A stretch of 32,914 nt of DNA from Gonapodya sp. JEL0774 (lineage: Eukaryota), in NCBI GenBank assembly GCA_027604505.1, contig JADIIX010000191.1, positions 1-32,914 on the forward strand, written 5' to 3'. Shown piece by piece: positions 22,987 to 32,914 of the stretch (position 1 is the first letter of the stretch; each line of letters begins with the position of its first letter). Made by a program: the position numbers and the translations under genes. Under the pieces are notes generated by a model. The model did no database searches, was not told the origin of the DNA, and saw only the letters and a program-made list of their open reading frames with translations.

Positions 22987-24202
22987 CTACATGCTGCCTC
23001 TGTCTCGAGGGCGCTTTGACAGGTTTGGCGGTTCTTGCCCTGGATCGCCGAGCCCGTGAATAAATGCCCACGAGTTCAATGAACTATGTGAACTCACAGA
23101 TTTGGAACGGTACGGAGCCATGTCCATGTCCGGATACAATTTTCCAACGTCTGCTATCGTTTGGTCGTCCCAGTAGGTTGAGTCCACTGGCGGAAATCCA
23201 AACAAATCTCTCTGCTGAATCGAGCATTTTGCCAAAAATGCAGGCCATTTCGGGTTTTGGGCGATGTTGTCCGGCCAAGCGCGTTGACCTTCCCATCCCA
23301 CTGATCTGCGCGCGAAGTCAGCAGCAATGGCGAACTGAGAGCGACCTTCATCCTTGAAGGAGGAACCACGGTGAAATATGTCAGTTCGGTACTGGAGACC
23401 GAAGAAAACGACAGTACACAGTTAGAAAACAATGAGTGGTTAAAATATTTCTGTCTATGCTCACCATGAACAAGGTCCCAGCCTTCCCTGTCACGGCAAC
23501 TTCCCGGTCGCACAGGGGATGCCATTCAGCTGTCCTCTTGGTCAAATACCGCACGTGCAATGGTATCTCTGCCGAATAGTCCAGAGGAATCACTTTCATC
23601 GGCGCGTCAGCCTCTGTGACGTCGGAGAGCAAAATCCAAACTGTAACTTGTTGAAATTTGATGACAGCTTTAGGAACAACCAGTGTGTGATTCCCTAAAT
23701 CTCGGTGCATGTTCTCCTCGTAGTCCCTCAAACCTGCACGGGTCGTTAGTTTCAGGAAGTAAATTCTCCTAGTGTCTGTAGTGTGAGTGCATCTCACCTG
23801 CATACTTTCCCCAAAGTTCAACTTTGCAAAGATCCAGTTCTTGGGTTCCCAAAATCCTCTGCACGGCGTTAATCAAATCTCGGTGGAGAACGATATTGTT
23901 GACCGCGTCAGACATGGGGAAATCTTTGATGCATCCTCCGGACTTAACACCAAGCATGTGTGACGGATGGTGAATAACCAGAACCGGGTGATATGGCGTG
24001 AAATTTCGGGAAAGCATACTTGCGAACACTTCATCCACTGGAATTCTGGGGAGTCGGGATTAGCGAAGTAGGACTCCGGGCGGGGGAAGTGTCCCCAGAG
24101 TGCATTCTGGACTGCCGTGACTTCGGTGTTAGAGAGGAACTCCGAGACAACTGTATGCCCTTTTGTCTCCAGCTCCTGGACATGGGCGTCTGAGATATGC
24201 AT
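22987..24202 (-). CDS. Phytanoyl-CoA dioxygenase (PhyH)-like Fe(II)/2-oxoglutarate dioxygenase (exons 24202-24020, 23942-23798, 23733-23465, 23391-22987 or 23391-23098)
   Basis: ETKGHTVVSEFLS start, HRD iron motif, ILLSDVTEADAPMKVIP, VAVTGKAGTLFMYRTDIFHRGS (distal His), GRS (2OG Arg), and C-terminal QRDLFGFPP..YWDDQTIADV..YPDMDMAPYR. Confidence 0.88.
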
Positions 24203-24616
24203 TGTGGATGTATTCAAGGGGGGTGGTGTGGTTCCTCTGCATTGGCATCGAGGAGGAAGTTGCTAGGGTGGCATCGGCTCCTTCGTTTCCCCTGCGCTCC
24301 CGCCTCCTCACCGTGGGAGGCACGGAAGATGTCCTCCCCAACGACAACAGCCTTTCATTTTCCGTGCTACAACTTTACAAAGACATTTTCGTCCAGCATC
24401 AGGTCCTATTGCGAACAGAAACAACAAAACCGCCCAAATTGGACTCAAGGGAAACAGTCCCGCCCGCAAGCGGACATGGCTGCGGTCACCCAAGCGGGAG
24501 ACTGGCAGCATCGGCTCCTCCGTTCGCCCGATGATGAGAGAGGGGTTGTTTCGAGAATATAAAGAAGGAGTTCCCTCACATCCCACGCCCATACGATAGC
24601 AGCCGTGCCCCTCAAC

Positions 24617-26782
24617 ATGGGGAACCACCCTGACCTGGAGAATCTCTCAACACTGACGCCAAAGCAAAAAGCGGCCGTGGTTAGAAAGCGAGTGTATACT
24701 ACTGTTTCTGCTGCAGTTCTTTCTGCCCTTGCGCTTGTGTTTTGCTGACTGACCCTCCCGCTCTGTTTACTCTTTGTAGAATCGATCTTCATATCCTTCC
24801 CTGGGCAATCTGGCTCTATCTTCTCAACTACATTGATAGGACAAACTTGGGAAATGTCAAAATCGTCAACTCCGGGTCTGGCGAAGACCTCATATCTGAG
24901 CTTCGCATGACCGCTACAGAATGGCAGATCTCTATATCAGTCTTCTTCATTGGCTACGTTCTGGCAGAAATTCCCTCTAACCTCATGCTCAAACGTTTCG
25001 GACCGAATCGGTGGATATCCCGGATTATGGTCACCTGGGGTGAGCATTATCCATCTGCGCATGCATATTTGCAGTTACTGATCAATGGATTTGCTCCCCG
25101 AATCAGGGATCTGCTCAGCCTGCATGGCAACAGTCACGTCCACGACAGGATTGCTTCTTTGTCGTGTTTTCCTTGGTCTCTCTGAGGCAGGATTTGTTCC
25201 AGGCAAGTCGCGGAAATCTACAGCTTCCCACCATTCAGGTGGCGACCCTAAAATCATGTCACAATCTAGGCATGATCATGTACTTCACGTTTTGGTATCC
25301 AAAAACCGAGGCGGGTTACAAATCTGCTCCCGTGCGACATCAAGAAATAGTAATGACGTTTCACATGTTATAGTATGCCAGACGTGCGGCGATATTTGCA
25401 CTGGCTCCCAATGTCGCAGCCGCCTTTGGTGGGTTACTGGCCTTCTTGTTGGGAAAGCTCCACGGTGTTGGCGGATTGTCTGGATGGAGGTACGCTTTGT
25501 ATATTTGGATCATGATGGCGACTTTCAACATTCTAACTCCCTTGCTTGTCAAAGGTGGATTTTCATTTGTGAGTCGCAATTTCGTGCCCAATATACCGAG
25601 AACGTGATTTTGACAGTGTCACACAGTGGAGGGCACGCCAGCGTTTGTCTCAGGGATCCTCACTCTCTGGCTTCTTCCAAGTGTGAGTGTGGTGGGGGAA
25701 GTGCACGATCAAATTTTACTTATTCACGCCACTGCTTGAAATGAAGTACCCTAGCACGGTGTCATGGCTGACTCCCGAAGAGAAGGAGTGGGCCGAAAGC
25801 CGGCTCGGGGTTGGAGCGCCAAAGAGCTCCGACAAGCACTTCGATAAGGACGAATTTCTCCTTGTCGTAACGGACATCCACTCATACGTTTGGGCTCTCA
25901 TTTGTAAGTTCTGATAGTTCATCGCGATGTGGGCAGACACCAGACCCTAAGGCATATATCTTTCGTTGGTGCAGCACTCACCCAAAGTCTTTCTGTCGTC
26001 GCGCTTGCGTTCTGGCTTCCAACAATCGTTCAGAACCTTGGATTCACATCTACAGATGCGAACCTCATGACAGTGCCCCCTTGGGTAGCCGCTTGGATTT
26101 CTTTGATTATCGTGAGCTGGAGTGAGTGATATTTACACCACAAGTTTCCCATCCTTTCCTCCACCAAACTTTCACTTTGAATCAGATTCCGATCGCACGC
26201 AAGAGCGATTCAAGCATCTTCTCGCCCTTCAGGGGACTTTTTTCGTATCGCTAGTCCTCTTTGCGACAATTCCCAACACCCCTGGTCTTGGTGCCGGATT
26301 TCTGTACTTCACTTGCTGTATGTCCATTCGCTGGATGTGCAATCTGTCGGCTGTGCTTTTTACATGCTAACATCTCATCATTTGACAGTCTTGGCAACAT
26401 CAAGCTCTGCTGTATTCAACCCCGTGCTCTATGCGTGGCGAACAAGCACCATTCGTGGATCTACTGGGACGGCGATTGCGACTAGTCTTATGATTTGTAT
26501 GTCTCGTTTCTGGTTGGCAGTGCGCCGTTTGCTCACCCTCCTTTGCGGACAGCCATTGGAAACATTGGTGGTGCCGTCTCCAGCTTCCTGTTCGTGCCTT
26601 CCTGGGCACCACGATACCAGGGGTCCTTTGCAATTTGCGCTTGTTGTTCAGCGACCTGCATGAGCTTGGTCATCTTTGAGGCGTTCTCTTTGAAGAAACG
26701 GGCGAAATTGGAAGAGCAGGTGGCAGTCAAAAAGCAAGAGGGGCAAGAAGAGGAAAAGCGTCTGGCGGACGGAGAGTTGTGA
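24617..26782 (+). CDS. MFS transporter, anion:cation symporter (Dal5/Tna1-like) family, many introns
   Basis: RKIDLHILP...LNYIDRTNLGNVK, FFIGYVLAEIPSNLMLKRFGPNRW, RVFLGLSEAGFVPG, FWYPKTE, LSGWRWIFILEG, FWLPTIV, ANLMTVPPW, AIGNIGG and APRYQG. Confidence 0.93.
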
Positions 26783-27012
26783 CTGGTCATTTCAAAGTTT
26801 GAAATGGAGAAGCGTGATCAAGAGACCTTTTTTGGTTAATTTTTAGTAGTACATTTGCGCGAGCTGCATAGAATCTTCAGACGGGATGGGAGGTGCTTGT
26901 ACAATTGAAAGATTAAAAGTACTTCAAGTTCAGAACAGATGGCTTGGGGCCCCATTTCTGTTGTGCTTCTTTGCGTTGGATTCTGTCTGTAATAATGTGT
27001 CAACCTCTTCTT

Positions 27013-27086
27013 AGGGTGTGTACAGCCGGCACATAATTTTGAACAATAAGGGTGTGTATGGCCAGCACATAATTTTGCACAATAAG
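27013..27086. repeat. Imperfect 36-bp tandem duplication with nearby inverted core motifs
   Basis: agggtgtgtacagccggcacataattttgaacaata / agggtgtgtatggccagcacataattttgcacaata. The reverse-complement core ttatgtgc occurs at 27090 and 27128. Confidence 0.8.
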
Positions 27087-29919
27087 TAGTTATGTGCACC
27101 AAAAAATAGTTTTCACACAATTCCAGATTATGTGCGAGTGTTCGGCACTCGTATTTCCACAAAACCAAAAACTAGTTGTTGCCCGCTACGAAAATAATCA
27201 CCCTCAGGGCTAGTTTTTTGACTGTCCAAAACTCGTAATCCTGAAATTCACAGCAACTTCCCCCACCCACTGGGCCCCAAATGACGCAAAACTGGGAAGG
27301 AGAAGGAGAAGTATGCAGAGGAATCTGAGGAGAGCGTCCAGTAGAAGTGCCAGGATAGGGTTAGACAGAGTCTTGCAATTGGGTCCTCAGAGCCCGTATG
27401 GAGACTCCTTGTCCCAAATACATCATCAGCATCGCCATCTGCTGCTCTACGCTGACCTCTGCTGTGTCAATGAGTTCCCGGCAGAGGTCTAGGAAGACTG
27501 TACGCCGCATCCTCCATTGTCCAGGACCATCTCATCATGGCCACGCAGAATTTCCTGAGTCCAGGCCTCACCCTGAAACGCACTATTAGTCATTGGGCGC
27601 AGGACTCTGCGAGGATGGGGAATCAAAAACAGGCAGCAGCAGCAGCGACCACGATGAAGGCTGCACCAGTTGCCGCAACCATCTGAGTCCTGCTTTCCAC
27701 CTGATCGTTTGATTCCACGTCTGTATTTTCCGCCATGAGGCCAATCTGGATGTGGGAGATGCAGGGTTTCTCGAGGGATTAGGGGCGGCGTGTTCGACAC
27801 TTGCTTTACCAAATACTAGTAATTTATGAGGAACTCATACACGGACCCCCAATAACGAATACCTCTCAAATAATCACTTTTTAAAATTACAGGTGCCGTA
27901 CACGCCCTTAGATAATCCTCACATGCACGGACAAGAACGTCTACGTTCGTTGATTTGATATTCAAAGCCATTCCACACTGAAAAGCTAGCGTAATCTGTT
28001 AGAATCTTTTAGATGTTTCAGTCAGCAGAGATTGTGACATGACAGCTTGGTTGCCGCACACCACTAGATGTTCTCTTCTACTACCCTATAATTCAATACT
28101 TTCGAAAGCACCATTAGGGTGTACTAATAAAATCGATACATTGAGATCTTGCTATGTCACTTGTGTTGTGGTTAGAAAGCATAAGGATCTTGTGTCCTGC
28201 GCTCACTGGGAAAGGTTATAACCCAGCTCTGTTGGTTCACAATCACGTCCAGCCTGAACAGTTGCATTTCTGTTATCCCAAAAACGTTCTCCCCATTCTC
28301 TCTTGACCGTGTTTGTACCTCCTTCTCCAGTATCGGAAAGCTAGCTCGGAGACACTAAAGGGGGAGAGAGGGTGGGGTTGACGTTAAGACTGTTTCCTCG
28401 AGTTCATGTTGGAGACGGAGTGGTGGATACTGTTCACGTCAACAACTGCGGAGTTGCATCATTGGTAATGTTGGGTGGGCGTTTGTATGCATTTGATTTT
28501 GTCTGACTGTGGTCCGGTGAGGGCGGGCAGGTCTGTCTAGAAGATCTGGTCAATTTTCAATGATTTGAGGAAGGGTCAACACTGAGCTCATTGTGCCACA
28601 ATGGTGGCCTGTCCCAGGAATGTGTCGGTTTTGATCCCCATACAAGAGAGAGCAGGGCTGGTTGTTTGCATTAGCGTGTGAGACAGGGAGGAGAGGGAGC
28701 AAAAGGTCGGCTGTCAGAGCGGACAGAAAGGCAGGTGGAAGAGCAGGAGATTTGTCGTGATTCCTGTTTGAGGTGGGGAGGCCAGTGGGAGGAGCATATG
28801 GTGAGGCTAAAGTGTGACAGGTGCTCTTTCCGGAATGGAGCTTTGATCAGGCACTTGCGAGGACTGAGGTGGCATGAGAGAAGATGTCCAGGCATCAAGC
28901 GCTTGTCAGGTGCCTGCATGATTGTGTAGAGCCATGAATGAGGGGCTGGAGTTTCATGTCAACGCCTTGAAGCTTCTTGAGCTCCAATCCTATACCATGT
29001 CAAAGCCAAACAAAAAATAGTGGAGTCCCTTTGCGAGTATAAAGCAGGTTTTGGTCATGCAACAACGTGAAAGGGATTGGATGGTAGGGTTCTGTCGGAC
29101 TTATGAGTCGCATCCGGATTTGGCACAAGCAAATTGCAGGTTGTAATCTTTCCGGAGGAGTTGTGCTGTGGAGGGGATACTGGCCGTAGAGGTTCAGAAT
29201 TGGCTGAAGTTGGAGATACCTGCGAACTGCTCGAAAGGTGATTTTCCAGTGAAGTAAGGATATATTGGGCCCCCCATTGTTGTTTAGCGGCAGCAATTGT
29301 GGCGGAAGATATGATAGCTCTGTGTTTGAGAAGGAGAGTGACAATGTCCAGGTTGTGACGAGGGGTGACGAAGATTAAATGGTTGAGTGCCCCAGGAGAA
29401 TTTAGTAAGACATGGCCTCCTTTCCATAACCGACATGGAGCGACGTCAAGGTGGAGCTGGTCTTGAGGGCCTCAGCAAGCGCGCTGGCACCAATCTCACT
29501 GATGAAGTTCCCTGTGGGTTCGGGTTGGTGATGGTGGTGGTAAAATCATACGATGGAAGACACATTATCATCACATCTTGTAAGTCTCCATATGCCCTGC
29601 TGGACTCACCCCTCAATGTTAAGGTCCTGACGCCAGTATTGTTTTTACGCACGTGAGCGATTGCTGTTGCTCCGGCATCTCCTATTGACTTCCCTTTAGT
29701 GGAGGGACGACAGTTGGAGAAGGAGGAACAAGTAAGAAGGGAGTAGAGCGTCTACACAACTCACACATCAGATCATCTTCTGTTTTGTTGTTGGCTATGT
29801 CCTGCTGCACCTCGGTTAAAGCACCTGCCCCTGCAGCTTTGCTTGTTCCTAAGTCTCTGTAAACACTAACTAGTAGTTTTGCATTTATGGAGGCTTCACA
29901 ATTGAGGATGCTTCACATT

Positions 29920-31135
29920 AGTTCCAAGTGAATTGTGTGGTGCCTGCCAACTCACCTAGTTCCCATGTCTGTGGGTCTTTTGCCGATGAATTTCTGGCGG
30001 GATCGTCTTCCGGCAGCGTCTTCTTCCTGATATCATGAACACTCTCCAGCAGGGCTTGTGCAAGTTTTAGCTGCCCTTGGGAATAGTACGCTCATGCGAG
30101 CACGTGCGGGGCTGCCAACATATCCAGATGAACTTCCGATAGAGCAGCAACAACAAGCTCCAGTGTGTTCACTGCATTGTCTACTTATCCAGTATACTCA
30201 TATGCCAGGGCAAGCTCTTGCTGCACCTCTAGCAGAGGAATGTCCTCTTGTGTAGAGGCTGGATGTAGAAGACGTCTGAATGTTCGATCCAGTTGGGCAA
30301 GCCAACCTCTCACCAGTTGTTGTCTTCCAAAGACACATGCTTGAAGCCATAGAGCTGCTTCTGCAAATCTTCCATTGGAGTTCAAGCACCACCCAACCAG
30401 AAGACACAGGTCGTATCTCTGTTCCAGCTCCTTTCCTTTGCTGCTTCCCAGTACCTTCACGGCGTGAGGGAGGTACATCCTCCATTGCTCTCAATTCTCC
30501 CACTCATTGGTTGGAGATATTGTCCTGATGGGTGTGATTGCCTCCTCCATCTTTTTCGACGCATGGCGTTGTGTGCACAGCCAGTTCCACGGCGCCAGGT
30601 GCACAAAACGGTGGAGATCATACACTTCATCCTCTGAGCGACGTGAGACAAATGCATACCCAATGAGGGTATTGATTCCTCCTTCCATTTTCACAGCAGT
30701 CCCAGCAGTGGGCAGGATGGTTTGCGGGATGGACTTCCATTCAATATATGCCATGAAACCCAGGATGTCTGCTGCAAGAGGATTTTCTTGAGTTATCCGC
30801 TTGAAGGAGACCACCCACGTTTTGGCCACTGCATTTTGGGATTCCTCGTAACGTGTTTGGTCACAGAAGTCTTCGCTTAGCAGTTCCATCTTGTCTTCTT
30901 CCAGCGGCTTCCGATACCTTTTGATTGTAATTTCATTTCTGTTCAGGTATGCTGCTGCTTCGGCAATTGCCAGCAGAAGATTGGTAAGGTCCATCAGGAG
31001 TTTAGCAGTGTTCAACAGATTACTGAGCAATTCTTTTCGTGTGAGGGACTTCTTAAAAAACTCTTCCGCCTCCTCTTCGCTCATCACTTGCATATTGATG
31101 GTATCAACTCCTGCGAGGTCCACTCCAACCTTCTA
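29920..31135 (-). pseudogene. NB-ARC + TPR (fungal NLR-like) pseudogene, 5'-truncated
   Basis: LTNLLLAIAEAAAYL (xLPLAI box), NAVAKTWVVSF, YDLHRFVHLA (MHD-like motif), YLPHA, and kinesin-light-chain-type TPRs (QQELALAYEYTG). In-frame stops at 30491-30493, 30185-30187 and about 30091. No P-loop is present. Confidence 0.85.
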
Positions 31136-32364
31136 AGGGCAGGTCTATTCTTGGCAAAGGATACTTGTCCTTCTTTGTTGCTGCATTGAGTTTTGGATAG
31201 TCGACGCAAAAGCAGAGTTGACCATCCTTTTTTGGCACCATGACTACTGGAAACGCCCAAGCGCTCATTGAGGGCTCGATAATATCATCACGTAAACATT
31301 TTCTGTTCGTGTTTGGCAATTGCGTTTCTGTCTCTTGGACTACCATGGTAACGCAGTACCACAATTGGTTTCAAGTTGCCTGTATCGATCTTGTGTTCGA
31401 CTGGATATGCAATTGTACCAGGTGTGTCGCCATCACTAAAAACATCACAATTGTTGTGCAAACATTGGTTTAATTCATTCAATTGAATTTTGTCTAAGCA
31501 TGTGGTTGACAGGTCAAGGCCAGGGATTGCTGGTGCAGTATCTTGCAGACTTGGGTCTACCAAGTGGAGAGGCACATTGATTGTGAGAATGGAACCATTA
31601 CAACTATTATGAACCGGTATTGACATTTTGTCACTTCCAGGTTGCATGGTTAGTATTTTGTAATCCTGGCAGATTATAGGTTGGAAGTATGCTACTCTAG
31701 TTCCTTTAGGGACTGAGGCAGGTGCGCTGGAGTAATTCTCCAATATGAACTTGGTGGTACCGTTTTTCATATTGCACAATGAGTTTGCATCGTTCACTTG
31801 TGAGTGGGTGATACTTGGCAATGCCGGACACATTCGCAAGTTCTGTGCACTGGTCTGCTCGAATGATTTTTTGTTCGCCCTTCTCGAGTTCATAAGACTC
31901 AGCTGTAACCATGACTACAACATTTGTTGGATGAGTCACAGTGGATATTTTTTCTTGAAATGTATTGGCGGTGAATAGTGCTTAAGGTGGACCATTGGAC
32001 CATTCATGGGGTATCGAAGCCAATTTTCGGACCAGTTCATGAGTATACCTTTTTGACAGAGATACCCTGTTCCCAACACTATATCATAGGGAAGTCTGTC
32101 CAATATATGGAACATATAATGGACTTTCCTGTGACTGTGTATGCTGATCGGTAGTTGTATCCGACCGCGTGGTCTGACCATACGACTATCTCCAATTCGT
32201 ATATGAAAATTGGGGTGACTGGCTAGTCGTTTGTATCTTTCTTCTTCATGAAAGTACTTAGAGTATGCGTCGTAGTCACGTTTTTTACACCCTCCACCCT
32301 GGAGAGTATCCCCTCCCATCAAATCAATACAAGATGAACCTGTGAAATCATGTAAGATTACCAT
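31136..32364 (-). mobile_element. Degenerate Ty3/Gypsy pol fragment (retropepsin-like protease, spacer, N-terminal RT)
   Basis: IRIGDS...GRIQLPI...FHILDRLPYDIVLGTGYL (protease C-half), VEHKIDTGNLKPI, and IIEPSMSAWAFPVVMVPKKDGQLCFCVDYPKLNAATKKDKYPLPRID. Split over three frameshifted ORFs and cut off after YPLPRID. Confidence 0.9.
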
Positions 32365-32398
32365 AATCTCTTGAACAATTGGGAGAAATAATGTGTAT

Positions 32399-32839
32399 TC
32401 AGAATGTTAGCAAATCTATTCTAGGGTTTCCCCATGAGTCAAGTTCAACACATTGGGGATAGACAGTTCTAAGGAATACATACACATCCTCTTGCCACTT
32501 TGTCCAAAAATTGTGGGGATACATAGGGAGAGGAATCTGTGCACCCTCAAAAGTGCGCTGGAACAGTGATGGGTACCTCAGAATGAACAGGAGTATGACA
32601 CATGAAAATAATCCACAGCTATGTCCATCTCCCTGGTTCCAAAACAGAGTCCATACACAATTTCTCAGTGATGGTGCTATTGCCAGCATGAGAATTTGGT
32701 TCAAAGCATTACGGCATCCCTCCAAGTTCTCATCATAATGGTGAGGATCATCACTCCTATCCAGTGCATCAACCACTAGTGCGTGTCCATCTTTGTCCAT
32801 CACAATAACATACCAGTGGAAGTGGTCCTTGTTGGCCAT
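32399..32839 (-). mobile_element. Ulp1-like (peptidase C48) catalytic domain, probably transposon-associated
   Basis: HFHWYVIVMD...VVDAL...NQGDGHSCGLF gives the His/Asp/Gln/Cys catalytic order. It is intronless and sits in repeat-like DNA; the 5' part probably lies beyond the window or is disrupted. Confidence 0.75.
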
Positions 32840-32914
32840 GAAAAAGTGATAGTCTCAGAGATCCATTTGTAGCTTCCTCACAAACTTGTTGCTCATCCGC
32901 AAAATGAATTCATC

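Noticed and set aside
27013..27086. 36-bp repeat as a CRISPR array
   Set aside because: Two adjacent copies with no spacer, in a eukaryotic context with no cas genes.
27170..29900. Short ORFs as genes or LINE fragments
   Set aside because: No recognisable motif or consistent splice model. Probably decayed repeat DNA, but it cannot be assigned without a search.

Overview
Gene-dense, intron-rich eukaryotic (fungal-like, probably early-diverging) genomic DNA; the ORF track misses most real genes because they are spliced. Left 17.5 kb: 3' end of a GPI-anchor-like protein, an Nbp2/Skb5-like SH3 adaptor, a WW protein, SPT4, three CutA-family paralogs, an unassigned protein with ubiquitin-fold-like ends, CTF8, a C2H2 transcription factor and a NYN-domain protein. 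The CutA trio is one canonical soluble CutA and two membrane-anchored degenerate copies with shared exon structure. 17.5-26.8 kb: a candidate metabolic cluster of a Zn2Cys6 regulator, an intronless GC-rich bacterial-type fumarase/aspartase-superfamily lyase, an intron-containing PhyH-like Fe(II)/2OG dioxygenase that can be spliced in frame onto the lyase, and a divergent MFS permease with three GC-AG introns. Right 6 kb: decayed, apparently CpG-poor DNA with an NB-ARC/TPR pseudogene joined to a Ty3/Gypsy pol remnant, preceded by a Ulp1-like protease ORF. All gene models were built by hand and families were assigned by motif recognition; no database search was run.
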